Assembly (NCBI RefSeq): GCF_006345805.1
Contig: NC_043016.1
Span: forward strand, 27,218,001-27,282,000
Source: Octopus sinensis
Lineage: Eukaryota
Direction: 5' to 3'
Length of the DNA stretch: 64,000 nt
Positions 50,560 to 63,911 of the stretch are shown in pieces (positions within the stretch are counted from its first letter, which is position 1; each line of letters opens with the position of its first letter). Under the pieces are notes generated by a model. The model searched no databases and was not told where the DNA came from. It was given only the letters and a program-made list of their open reading frames with translations. The position numbers and the translations under genes were made by a program.

Positions 50560-51210
50560 AAACCCTTACTGGACTGGCCCTACCATCAACTTGCAGTGAA
50601 ATAGTTTTTCCCACTTGGACTTACTAAATCTTTTATAGGTGATCAATTTCTGCTTTATGACTCAGGACCAGTTGAAAAGTATATTGTGATATTTGCAACA
50701 CAGTGTAATTTACAGTGTTTATCAATAAGCAGTCGCTGGTATGCAGACCACACATTTAAAACAGTGTCTTTGTTATTTCACCAGTTATATACCCTACATG
50801 GATTAAAAGAGAAAGCTTCACTACTGCTTGTGTTTCTGTTATTGCTGGACAAAACAGAAGAAGCTATCAAGATGCTGCAAAACAAATAAAAAGTCTTGTT
50901 CAAAATTTTGATGCACAAAATATTACTGACTATGTTCGTGGTATAGCACACAGCCTTTCCTTTTCAGATTTAATGAGTCCTTTCAGTAAAAAATACTATC
51001 TTTTGTTTTTTATGCATTTTGTATTAAAATAATCCTAATATATTTATAAATATAGTTAGCAGCTAGTTATAAACCCAAAGAATTATAAATTCTGAACAAA
51101 AAATATGAATTTATCAACAAAGTAAAAGTTTTTATTTTTTAGTCAGATTGTGTTTTAGACAAATTGCATTTAGATTAATTGTATTTTAGACAAACTCGCC
51201 TAGAACCCCA
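50560..51210 (+). mobile_element. MULE (Mutator) transposase remnant with subterminal repeats
   Basis: DSGP..IVIFAT..NLQCL...WYADHTFKTV.LLFHQLYTLHG...LVFLLL.DKTE (DGTF-type motif); end ttagacaaa repeats and gcctagaacc. Confidence 0.75.
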
Positions 51211-51458
51211 CCCCCACCCCACCCGCCAAGTATATTTCAATAGAAATATGGTAACAAATGGGTTAAATGTCACAGAACTGGGATATGGTCCTGACCTGTG
51301 GGTTCGAGACAGACTTTATCTTAATTTAATATTGTATAATAAATTACTGTCATTTTGAGTCCAGAAATTATAAATCTGATTCTTAGAGAACACTCATTCT
51401 CTGTTGTTCAGTTTGATATATATTTTGTTTGTAGATAAATGCATTTTTGTTTTAGAGA

Positions 51459-51956
51459 CTAGCAGTATCACCCGGCGTTGCTCGGGTTTGTAAGGGAAAT
51501 AACTATATAAGCATTTTTAGAGATTTACTTCCCTTATAGCTGCCAATTCGGGCTTTCTTAGCCATTTCTGTTTTGGTATCTTCAAGCCATGAAGTCGTTG
51601 TTCTAAAAGAACGCTGGTCTCCTTGACAACGCTTTACGACGTTGATTTCTTTACACACCCTTCCCCACAGCTTCACGAGGGAGAGAAGCAAACAGGTGCA
51701 GGTATGACCATGGACGCCAACTCCGCCGCCATCAACACACGAAAAATTATGCATTAAAATGGAATAAAAAATGTTAAATTATTTTTAAAATCGTAGACTC
51801 ATCGTAGACGCGCGCTAATACCCAGACGGGCTTGATATGAATCACGACTATAAGATACCCGAATTTGGTTAAACTGCACCGCAAAATGTGGGAGTATTTA
51901 GAAATCTAAATCGAAGGGGACAGACACTCACACAACTACAGTTTTATATATATAGA
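51459..51956 (-). mobile_element. Non-autonomous Helitron (498 bp)
   Basis: Minus strand starts TCTATATATATAAAACTG and ends CCCGAGCAACGCCGGG hairpin + tgatactgCTAG; inserted between host A and T with no TSD; CpG-rich. Confidence 0.9.
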
Positions 51957-52028
51957 TTAGAACTGGTGCTTTATAAGCAAGGAGCTTTTAGACATAAAAT
52001 ATAAACCTTGAGCTCCATCAAATTACAA

Positions 52029-52251
52029 TTAATCCTTTAGATACCAACCTGTCTGAGACCACACCTGTTGCTATGACACAAACTTCTTGATTTAAATTAA
52101 AACCTTCCATCAAAATTCCCTGTTAATTTATGTTCTAAAGACCAGTTTAATAATGACAGGTTTATTTCACTAAATTCTTTTTTTTTTTTTTCAAAATTAA
52201 TTGAAATAAAGGCAGTGTATATCAATAGAAATACGGTGACTAAAGGGTTAA
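52029..52251. mobile_element. piggyBac-like MITE (TTAA-flanked); related copies at 14884-15251, 53700-53875 and 58180-58371
   Basis: ttaa-tcctttag...ctaaaggg-ttaa ends; shared internal taataatgac..ttattt.actaaattc..aattaattgaaacaaa. Confidence 0.7.
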
Positions 52252-55200
52252 CTCTGATATTTCAATAGGTATGAAGTGAGGGCCAACATTTGATTTGAGT
52301 ATATTGGAAGAGGAAATAAAAATGAACACTGTACAAATGCTTATTGTGGTTTCCAAAGGTAATAAACTATATTGAATTATTATTATCTATGTAATATCTA
52401 GAAACATTTTAAACTTCTGTCTCAGATGTGTCTTGTCCTACAGTCATTGTGAATAAGTCATAAAATAATTATGACACCATCTTCATTTCTGGCATTGCTG
52501 CTGTCATCCTGGTGTTTTGAGTATTCTTTATTTTAGAAATCTTCAAATTAAAAAATTCTTGGAATTCGTATGTTTGAAGCAAAATGAATGGATCCCATGC
52601 GGTCTGTGTTAGTAAGATCCATTTTAAGGCATAGAATTTTGTTTACTGATGGCTGGTGTACTCTTCATTTCTGAATTTACAAATAGCAAAACAGCAGTTT
52701 TGATGGAAGTGACACAATGTCTACCATTATCCTACAACATTTGCTACCCTTTTATATAAAATTGAGCATTCTTCTGCATGGTCTTGGAAGATTGTCCATC
52801 AGAGGGCTAAAAGTTGAACTCCCAACATGGTTGAATGCTGAACTGCCAACAACCATCATCAGTAAACTTTCCAGCTTCCCGAGAATAGCTGTAGGTGGCC
52901 TAATAAAACCTTGTGCTTAGCTTAGACTTACAATATTGTATGTTGAGGGACTAAGCTGCTACTTGATGTAGAGCATTGTTAAAAGTAAGACAAAATGTTT
53001 GGATCCCCTGTATGGATGAGTGATTCTAGGGTCCTACAGTCTTTATTCTGTTGAGATCTGTAAGAAGGCAACGTAGCTGTGAGGAGAGTACACAAAGAAA
53101 CCAATACAAAGAAAAACTCCAGCTTCACTGAAGATTTGCTGCATCTCTCATTCTGGCCTGGTGTAAAGTGCCTTTGGGAAGTATGTTTTACTTGTTTCAG
53201 TCATTAGACTGCAGCCATATTGGGGCACTGCCTTGAAATATCTTTAGTTGAATTAATTGATCTCGGTACTTATTTTTTCTTTTAAGCCTGGTACCACTAT
53301 GTTACAGGGCTCATAGACACACCAACACTGGTTGTCAAGAAGTGGTGGGGAACAATGACACAACATACATATATATATGATGGGCTTCTTTTTCAGTTTT
53401 TGTCTACCAAATCCTCTCACAAAGCTTTGGTTGGCCTGAGGCTAGAGTAGAAAACACTTGCCCAAGGTGCCATACAGTGACACTGAACCTGGAACCTTGT
53501 GATTAAGAAGCAAACTTAGCATGCAGCCACACCTGGATCTATAGTGTATGTTTATGTTGAAGAATGACAAACAAAAGGATTACAGATAAAGAATCTTACA
53601 TTTGAAATAGAATGACTGGATTTAGTGAGACAGGTAACAAAATCCAAATATTTTCTTGAGACTATCCTGCATGAAATATACCCATAGTTCTTTGATAGAA
53701 ATTTCTTGCTTTAAAATTATCTAAATTTAAATCTTCCTTCAAAATTTCATGTTAATTTATGTTCCAAACACCAGGTTTTTAATGACAAAATTATTTTAAT
53801 TAAATTCATCCTTATTTCTAAAATTAATTGAAACAAAATTAGTGTTTTCAACTAATATGATAGCAAATGGGTTAAAGGGATCTCAATGAAATTTCATGTG
53901 ATAACAAAAGGGTTAAGGTGTAGAGATCTGTTTATCAGTTGTTAGTTTGGCTTAATGCCTCTGAAATCACTATTGCTTAAACTACTTTTGTTCACATAGT
54001 TTGCCACAAGGGCAGTACACAGAGTAGTTGCCGGCTGGACAAGGACATTAATGTGATGAGGATGATAACGATAAAAATGGGAGGGGCACTGGTGCTCGCC
54101 GACCGATAACCTCTCAAAAACACTGTTCAATCTACAATTCAAGAATAAAAATTTAATATACAGTACAAGTATAAAAATTTCAAAAAAAACAAAATTCATT
54201 TTTCATTCATCTTCCTCGTCCAGCCCCCCCCCCCCCAGTAAGTTTCCTGCCTCCAGCAGGAAAGCCTGCATTGGCAGGCCTGGACAGAGGGACACAAAGT
54301 CATCATTATTGCAAGTCCTCCTGACCTCAATTCTTCTTGGGTAACGACCTCCGCAGGCCAACATGGACCATCTATACAGACCGGGTCGTTCATGGTCTAG
54401 AAGACTGTCCAAGTACATCTCAACAGGCCCTCCCCTGAGGTAGAAGATGAAAAGTTCCACCTCATTCTCACGGGGAGAAGCCTCAACCTTCTCTGTCAGT
54501 GGCACAATTCCCACTGACAGAGACTCTCGCTCTGGTGGCACACTTCCCACAGGAGGGTTGCTTAAACTACTTGCAGCATCATGGCGCTCATCATTATATT
54601 CCAACACCTACCATCATTTTGTATAAAATAATAGTAATAAAATTACAAAGTGCTAAATTACTTAATTGGCTTCTATAGCCAAAAACAAGAACAAGGAAAG
54701 ATGTGCTGTAGAATTCACACCTCTTATTAGCATTATTAATAATGTAATTGAAAAAGACCGAGTAAAAGAGAAATTAAAACTGCATCAAGAATTTTTTTTT
54801 TTAATGAAAAGCAGATTGTATTTTAACTTGTTATACAATAGAGAGATAACATATGTTAGTTTCTGTTGTGAAAGGAAGCTAATCTTCCAGAAATGTTAGC
54901 ACACTGGACAAAATGTTTAGTGGCATTTCTTCTGGTTTTATGTTCCGAGTTCAGATTACCGAGGTCAACTTTCATCTTTACATCCATCTGGGATTGATAA
55001 AATAAGTACCAGTTAAACACTGGAGTTGATGTAATTGACTAATCCCGTCAACTTAAATTGCTAGCCTTGTGCCAAAATTTGATACTATCATTAATGTTAG
55101 ATTTTGCGAAAGACTGCGTCCTTGGGGATTTGCTTGGGTCATTTTGCTGGCAGTACATTAATCTTAAATGTAAAAACAGATTTTTTTTCCAGTGAGAATT

Positions 55201-55759
55201 TGAAGAATTACAAGCGAGAGATGTCAATTGTTCACACCAATAAAAAATATATATGATTGTCTTTCTTTGTTTAAAGTTTAACATTTTTTTTTTTAAAGTG
55301 AATTAGTTTTAAAATCATGAGTTTGTGATTTTTTTCAGGAGAAGATATTAATTTTCAAAATTATCTTCATATGTAAACATGTTTCAAAATTATTTGGCAA
55401 GGAAAATATACTTTTAAAATTAAGGAAAACAGGTAAGGACTGAGGTACTGATTATATAAGTTTTCAAGTTATTGTTGATCAGGATCAAGGTATTTCAATT
55501 TGATTGGAAACCAGCACCTAAATTTTAAAGAAGAAGAATGACAGTAATTAAAGATATATACATATGTGTATGTTTCATCATCATCAGTTAATGTCTGTTT
55601 CCCATGCTGACATGGGTTGGATGCTCAACGACTTCACGAACTGGGGGTAATTGCCTGACAAATATAAAACAATAATATGCAGAGAACATTTTGTGCTATA
55701 TTGTAATAACCCAAATCGCAATGTCAGAATCCTAGATTTTGCAACTGAACCCACTCAGA

Positions 55760-57230
55760 AACAACTACATAACTTCAGTTTTTGCCCTGCTGTCAACTAA
55801 ACATTGTGAAACATACAAAGAACTCCTCCAAGTTCTTGTTGATAAATGCCAACAACTTTCCCAACCACCATGACAGATTTTGAGGATGCTGTTCATGCCA
55901 TGCAAGTCGTTTTGGGGCAGAACACCTACAGTCAGGGTTACTTTTATCATTTAACTCAAAGTATGTGACAGAAAATCCAGGACCTAGGCTTAATGAACCT
56001 GTATAGCACCAATGTAGAATTGTGACATTTTGTTGGCACGCTTGATGGCCTGGCCTTCTTACCACTGCCAAGTTCGAGCGGGGATGCAAGTTCTGAGGAA
56101 TATTGTGTCTAATGAAGCACAGGACCTCCTGTACTGTTTTGATTAAACCTAGGTCTCTGGTTTATATCGTTGACTTGATGCAGGCAGATTGGTTTTGAAT
56201 CTTCGTCACATTCTACCCATGTTTCCACCGGAGTTGTAGAATTAACACAATACCACAGTAAAAGGAAATCCATGCACAAACAACATTTATGAAGGTTGGA
56301 ACTATAAATTTTAAAGTTTGGTATGGCATTACCACCCAACTGTGTCCAGTGGTTACAACATCAGGAGGCCAGTTGTTCGACTACAACCATGCTATATGAA
56401 GTTGGCAAAATGGGACCAAAATGAGATTAAGTTCAATTACAGCATCACTTGCAGGCCCTTTGTCAAGAACTTGACCTCAGCCAATGTGCCATTGCTGAAA
56501 TTCTGCAAGGAGTTGCATGGAATATCTGGCTGAACACCCAAAACTGATCTGAGAATTGTCTGTCAGTAATCACATCACGTATTTTTTTCATTTATATTTG
56601 TAAACAAATTGATATTTTTAAGAATGCTTCATTATTGAGGAACAATTTTTCCTATGTAACACTGCTCAGCTGTTGTTCCCAAATTATTTTTCATATGTAA
56701 GACTGCTCAGCCATTATCATTTTTGTGGAACAATTTTCCTATGTCAGACTGCTCAACTATTTTTGTGGAACCATTTTTTCAATGTCACACTACTCAGCTA
56801 TTTTTGCCAAAACATTTTTTTCTATGTTAGAATGTTAGTTATTATTATTTATGCGAAAACTTTTTCCAATGTCAAATTTAAGATTTGTCAACTAATAGGT
56901 ATTTTTGCTTTGTGCCTAAACATTTTTTTCAATTGATTGGTAAATATTCCTGTGTCAATACTATGATGGTTTAGTACTTATGAGATATGTTTTGCAAATA
57001 AAAATGTGCCAATGATATTGCACTACTTGTTTTGACAACTCTGTGTGAGTCGTATGTTCCAAGTATAGAATATACTTACTTTGAGAAAATTACGGGCATA
57101 AAATTATCAGAAGTTACCAGTGGCGAATTTACCAGGGATAAAATTTTCAGTGGCGAATTTACCAAGGGGGAAATTACTAGAAACAAAATTTCTGGTGGTG
57201 GATTTACAAGTGGCATAATTACCTACAACT
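55760..57230 (+). mobile_element. MULE transposase C-terminal remnant and right end
   Basis: GYFYHLTQSM.QKIQDLGL..Y, LDGLAFLP, PMFPPEL.N, TNNIYEGWNYKF..LV.HYHP; subterminal tggcgaatttacc repeats ending ttacctacaac. Confidence 0.75.
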
Positions 57231-57519
57231 GATTAGACAGTATGACATAAACCAACAGATAGAATGATCCAGTCAATTTGCAAAGAATGCATCAAGGAAG
57301 TTAAGTTCACGATCTTCAGCATGTTGCAAATCCAAGATTATCCAATGTAATATGGAACTTTAGGCATGGTATAATAAAATAGGTGAATGTATTTTACAGT
57401 ATATCTACAAATATTTCATTAAGAGATTTTATTGTGAAGTGACATGATACAAGAAGGTGTGTATAGACATGCAAAGTTCATGAGGTTATAGCAGCTTTAG
57501 ATAAAGTACTATCTGAAGG

Positions 57520-57915
57520 CATAGGCACACTAGGCTGATTCTTGGGGTCCTCACAGGTCTAGAGGCCCCAATTCTGATCTATGTATATTGTGACTTGTCA
57601 ATAAATAAATATGACATGGCCCAGTGCGTTGATTTGCTCAGGTGTCTCATGGGCCTAGGGGCTCAATAATGCTCCATCTATGTTGTGGCTTGCTGTCAAT
57701 AAATAAATGATATAGGGTCCAGTGCATTGTTCTATTCAGGGGCCTCACTGGTCTAGGGGCTCAGTTCTGATCTATGTATGTTGTGGCTTACTGTCAACAA
57801 ATGAATACCATAAGGCTCAGTGCATTGATTTGTCTAGTGGACTCCATGTTGATCTATGCATGCTGTGGCTTGTTGTCAGTAAATAAATACTATAAGGCCC
57901 TTGATTTGCCTGGTA
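57520..57915. repeat. Diverged ~95-bp tandem minisatellite (about 4 units)
   Basis: Recurring gatctatgtatgttgtggctt..tgtcaataaataaat...ggcccagtgcattgattt. Confidence 0.8.
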
Positions 57916-58439
57916 GCCAATATGTTGCGAAGCATCTACTTTAAAGTGTTCTTCAAAATCAAGAATATTCAATAAAAATGTCAATTAAAATTACCTTTTG
58001 CAAAATCTTTGAGTAATGTTTATTTACATTTCATGTTTCCATTTGCATCTTGCTTGTCTGTTATTTTTAATGTTGAAGCCAAATTTGATATGGCATCATC
58101 TTGACTTGAAATGTACCCTTCTCTTTGACTAAAAAAATATAAAAAAATTTATCCTAAGCATTCAGATTATTCTTTCAAATGTAATGTTTATTTATTCACA
58201 CTGTTTTGAATTAATTATGCATTATCTTGTAGTCTCAAGATTTCATTGATGTGATTGCATATTTTTAGGACATTTTCAGAAAGGTGTCAGAGGCCAGATC
58301 TGGCCATTTTTTAACACAAAATAGGTAGAATATTTTGGGCAGATATGATGAGTTTAAACACTAAAGGGTTAAAATGATACAAAGCTGTTTCAATACTTGC
58401 TGGGACTTCCAGCTCTCAAGGACCATTCCATCCTCAGAA

Positions 58440-60370
58440 CTCTGACATTGTATTTCATAGAACAATAGCAACAATGGCCTGAATGGAAAAAAATCTAATG
58501 AAAAAGGAAAATGTGGGAAGAAGTGAGGAGAGTCAATCACTGGACTTCATGAAAGGAATGGCAGAAACCAGGATAAGTGCTGAATCCCTGTACTGGAACA
58601 GATACATCCAAAATATGCTTGGAATGGTAAATGAAGATGTGAAAGACTTAGAAAACAAAGCTGTCAGTGATTCTCTATCCCATATATCTCCTCCTATTCT
58701 GCTTAGTCCATTCTGTCTTTCTATGGTGTGTACTTTATTTGTGCATGTGTTTGCATCTGTATCAGAGTGTGTGGAGAGACAGCATGTAGCATAGGGAAGT
58801 GAATAACTGAACACTGGCAGGAACTCAAAGAGGAGAACAGCTCATCAGTGCTCTGCCAACATATTCAATTAGAACATAGAAGCACAGTTAATAACAGTTA
58901 AGGCATTATCAACGCATAGAACAGACACAAGACATACACATCATACCAACAAAAGGCAATGCATGGGTACATATCCTGTAAGATAGAGGGCAAAAATAGC
59001 ATTGACAAGAAGAGTAGCTTCTCTTAGACCTGTAACAGATACATTACATCCCATCTAGAAGGATATATCTTTACTTCCCAGCAACAGAAATTAGCTACTA
59101 AATACTTGATAAACAAGAGATACAATGATATCACCAAACTTCCATGTTGTGATAGAAAATGTCAGTTCTGCTGTACAGTTGTAGAAGATATCACCCACAT
59201 CATCAACAGTTGCCCCAAAATGTCTATGTGATATGACCTTTATCTGAGGCAGGATATAATTGCAAAGATTATTTACAATGTTATTCACAGGGAGGGTTGT
59301 CTTGGCATATACATCAAAGGCATGTCAAAACCAGAATGTATTTATACCTTTAAAAACAAAGGATACTGGTGGAATACTCCAATAAAAACAGCAATTAGAA
59401 CAGACCTGATATTATTCTGTGGAACAGGGAACAAAAATCATGTACTGTTGTAGAGGTCAGCTACTCAGCAGATGTGAATGTAGCATCAAAAGTTCAGGAA
59501 AAGTAAACATTTATGGTGAATTAATGTAGAAATGACAGTTCTTGTATCTTAACTATAAATTCTCATTTGTACCTGTCAACATAGATTCATTAAGCTATGT
59601 ACCTACAAATTTACAAAAAAAAAAATACTAAGTTTTTTTAAAATAAAGAGCAACAAGAAACATCAAATTGCTGCTGTAATTACGCAACTGTTGTACTCTT
59701 TTACTCTTTTACTTGTTTCAGTCATTTGACTGCGGCCATGCTGGAGCACCGCCTTTAATCGAGCAACTCGACCCCGGGACTTATTCTTTTGTAAGCCCAG
59801 TACTTATTCTATCGGTCTCTTTTTGCCGAACCGCTAAGTAACGGGGACATAAACACACCAGCATCGGTTGTCAAGCAATGCTAGGGGGACAAACACAGAC
59901 ACACAAACACACACGCATATATATATATACATATATATGACGGGCTTCTTTCAGTTTCCGTCTACCAAATCCACTCACAAGGCTTTGGTCGGCCCGAGGC
60001 TATAGCAGAAGACACTTGCCCAAGATGCCACGCAGTGGGACTGAACCCGGAACCGTGTGGCTGGTTAGCAAGCTACTTACCACACAGCCACTCCTGCGCC
60101 TATGGATTGTATGGATTTGTTTTTAAGAAAGAGATAAAGAAACAAAAGAAAAGACTATCTAAATTCAATCTGTTAGTGACACAGTGAAGATGTGTAAGAC
60201 GTTCCAAAGATTCTCCATTTGAGATTCTTTACTTGAATAGAAGCACACTCGGGTATGTGCAACACACCAACTCAACCACATATTTACAACATTGGGAGAT
60301 CTCTTAACTCAAAGTATCTTGTCACTTTGTTAGCAACAGGCTTGAATTCTCTTAAGAACTTAATTAAAAC
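58440..60370 (+). mobile_element. Restriction-like-endonuclease (R4/Dong-like) non-LTR retrotransposon 3' half, interrupted by a SINE
   Basis: CQFCCTVVEDITHIINSCPKMS (CCHC knuckle), R(Q)DIIAKIIY (RHD-like), RPDIILWNREQKSCTVVEVSY (PD..E core), TVKMCKTFQRFSI* after the SINE. Confidence 0.75.
59694..60101 (-). mobile_element. tRNA-derived SINE, young full-length copy (family also at 49600-49962, 38870-39368, 36610-36920, 40530-40890, 53190-53535, 29750-30240, 6680-7030, 11040-11420, 16147-16400)
   Basis: Head aggcgcaggagTGGCTGTGTGG...GGTTCCGGGTTCAGTCCC (boxes A and B), internal (TA/CA)n, tail (gtaaaaga)n. Confidence 0.9.
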
Positions 60371-60429
60371 CATACACACACAAACCCATGTATATGTACA
60401 CATATATACATATCTACATATATATATAT

Positions 60430-60538
<109 letters not shown>

Positions 60539-60693
60539 CAAAATAAGCAACAGAATGACGTCATTCTTGTTGCTTATTTTTTATTATAATCACCCCATGA
60601 ATTTATATGGGTAACACCATACAAAATTCTGGTGCATCTAACTTAAGTACCATATTCATTTGAATCTAAATTTTTGCTGAACTTATATATATA

Positions 60694-60733
<40 letters not shown>

Positions 60734-61564
60734 TATGTGTGTGTGTGTGTGTGTGTATTTATATGCATACATACACATTTATAATTAATTACAGAAAGCA
60801 GGTATGGTCAATGCTTTATAGAACATACATGCATTTCACTAAATTGCTGTCATAATTACACAACAGCTGTAGAAACATTATACTATATTCCATATATCTC
60901 ATCAGTGTTCTTTACCTTAATGAATTAACCATTTCACAGTACATTTTGTTCTCGTGGCTTAAATTTCTTACTAGGTCATCAAGCTTTTTATTTTGTCTGA
61001 AGATTAAAACAAAGTAAATTTAGTCAGCATTGAGATACATATACATAGAGCAATTTTGATAAGGAATGGCATAATCAAGGAAATAACTGCTTTTTACTTA
61101 ATCAAATTTAAGTGAAAGAGAGACTGTTGGTTCCTGTAAAGTTTTTGAATTAAGGTCTTAGTGGAAGGTACTAAATACTGTAAAGTAATGCTTCTCATAC
61201 TATCTGATGTGGTGTACGGGCAGTTTTTTTTTCCCCAATGTGCCAGGGACCGATAATATTTCTTAGTAATATTAATTTATACCAGAAACAATATATAAAT
61301 GAATATAATAAAAGTTGACAATTTTTTATCTTGTATTTATTTTGTAAACAAATAATACAACATTACATACGCATTTTATAATGTTTCTTTCTTTTTTGGA
61401 AACCTGCCGCCTACTGGCAGCTGATGGCTTGCAGACCGGTGCCAGTCTGCAGACTACCACTTTGAGTAGCACTGCTGTAAAGTATTTAGTTCACTGTTTA
61501 GTTGAGGTAAATACTTTAGGTGCAGGCATACATGTGTGGTCAAAAAATTTACTTTCGAACAATT

Positions 61565-62010
61565 TGGGACTAGGTGTACTGTGGTGGTAATATAGAATAT
61601 GATGTTGTGTGTACAAATACAACAGAGAAGCAAAATAAACCTCCTCTGGGATAAGACATCAATTTATCATAGGTAACATTACCGGAGGGTGGGAGATAAA
61701 CCTCCATTAGAATAGGACACCAGTCTGTTTCAGATAACATTACCAGATGGTCTTATGACACCTGGGTGAACTGTGGCAATGTATAGTGTTGTGTATAAAA
61801 ACACAACAGTGAGAGAGGAAGATATGCCTCCACCTGGATAGGACACCAGTCTGTAATAGGTAGCATTACCAGATGATCTGGTGGGACCTAAGTGGAATGT
61901 GGCAATGTAGAATATAGTGTTGTGTACAGAAACACAACAGAAAGGATGAAAGATATACCTCCACCTGGATAAGACTCTGGTCTATTATAGGTAACATTGC
62001 TAGATGATCT
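61565..62010. repeat. ~120-130-bp tandem array; same family at 18708-18990
   Basis: Recurring cct.ggtggactgtggcaatgtagaatatagtgttgt.tacagaaacacaacag...cctccacctggatag.acaccagtct...aacattaccagatgatct. Confidence 0.8.
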
Positions 62011-62679
62011 ACTGCCTGTTACTGACGGCTAGGATACCTTGACCATTTGTCCTTCATACATGTACATCATCATCATCATCATCATCATTTAGCGTCCGCT
62101 TTCCATGCTAGCATGGGTTGGACGGTTCAACTGGGGTCTGTGAAGCTGGAAGGCTTCGTCAGGCCCAGTCAGATCTGGCAGTGTTTCTATGGCTGGATGC
62201 CCTTCCTAACGCCAACCACTCCATGAGTGTAGTGGGTGCTTTTTACATGCCACCTGCACAGGTGCCAGACAGAGCTGGCAAATGGCCACGAACGGATGGT
62301 GCTTTTACGTGTCACCGACACGGGGGCCAGACAGAGCTGGCAAACGGCCAAGTTTAAGGTAGACATAAGTAATGGTGGTATTTTGATTGATAATAGTGTA
62401 GGGTGTGAGAGTGTTGAAACAATGAAAAAAAATGTTATACTCATTCAGTTTCTGGATTTCTTCTTTGGCTCCACTTAAGTGTTTTTCAGAAGTCAACAGA
62501 GAACTCTATAGGATAATGGGGGAAACAATAATAATGACTGTTTCAAATTTTGGCATAATACAAGTAGTTTTAGGGGAAAAGGTGGTGCATCAGCATGGCC
62601 GCAGCTCTGAGCTGAAACAAGCGAAAAAAAAAACAAACACACATGCACACATACACTCCCCTCCCACACACACACACAT

Positions 62680-63911
62680 CTGGGGGTTGGACAAAATAAT
62701 GGAAACACCTACAATCATAGCATCATAATTTTGAAATATCTATAAAACCATCAAAAGCTTGTTTGTTTTTATGTTTCTTGATTTATTATTAGTGTTGCTT
62801 AATATGTTTTGCTAAAATTACTGTTTCTTTTCAGATATTATCAGAAAAGGGTAATTAAAATTCATTAAAATGACAGATCTATCGAACTTTCAAAGAGGTC
62901 AAATTGTTGGTGCTCGTATGCCAGGTGCTAGCATAATGGAAACAGCTGAAATGTTTGGTGCATCAAGAAGTACTGTCTTGAAAGTAATGACAGCCTTTGA
63001 GAAAGAGGGAAGAACCTCCTCATCGACACAAAACTCTGGAAGAAAACCAAACTTTCAGATAGGGACTGTCAGACTCTTATGCGAATTGTTAGGAAGGATC
63101 ACAAAAGTACAGCTCCCAAGATTACTGCAGAGTTTAATGACTACCTCAAGAACCCAGTTTTCACAAAAACTGGAGCTGCACAAAGCCGGATTTCATGGGA
63201 GGGCTGCAAATCAGAAAACCACTACTTTCAAAAAGCAAATGTTGCAAAGCTTTTAGAGTGGAGTAAAAACCTACAGAATTAGTCCCAGAGCAGTGGAAGA
63301 ATGCTATTTTCTCAGAAGAGTCAGCCTTTAACTTATTTCCGACCACCGCTGAGTATACATGTGGAGACAGCCAAAAGAAGCACTTGACCCAGACTGCCTT
63401 CTTCCAAGTGTTAAACATGGAGGAGGATCTGTGATGATCTTGGAAATCCGCCAGACCAATGGTTTCCCTTCATGGTAGAATTAATAGTCAAGACAATTTA
63501 AGCATTTTATCTGATCAAATTCATCCTATGGTTACAGAACTGTTTTTGAAGGGAAACAATCTTTCATAATGATAATGTACCAATTAATACAGCTAAAGTT
63601 GTTACTGAATGGCATGAGGAACATTCTAGTGAAGTTGAACATCTTATCTGGCCACCACAGTCCCCAGATCTCAATATTATTGGAACATTTATGGTGCATT
63701 TTAGAAAAATGAGTAAGGAGTCAATATCCTTCACCATCATCACAACAAGAACTGGAGACTGTTTTAGCAGAAGAATGGACAAAAGTTCCTTTGGAAACAA
63801 TTCAAACTTTGTGTGAGACCATACCTCATAGAATTCAAGGCAGTCCTACCTCATATTAAAATAAATTTGTTTGAAATTTTAAGGAGTGTCTATTATTTTG
63901 TTCAACCCCTG
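62680..63911 (+). mobile_element. Near full-length Tc1-like DNA transposon with a decayed transposase
   Basis: TIRs ctgggggttggacaaaataatggaaacacc / ggagtgtctattattttgttcaacccctg; MTDLSNFQRGQIVGAR (paired HTH), FSEES, DNVP, WPPQSPDLNII. A second 3' remnant lies at 44558-44690. Confidence 0.92.

Noticed and set aside
58483-58794. 103-aa ORF as an independent gene
   Set aside because: Directly upstream of, and co-oriented with, the RLE retrotransposon motifs; more simply part of that element.
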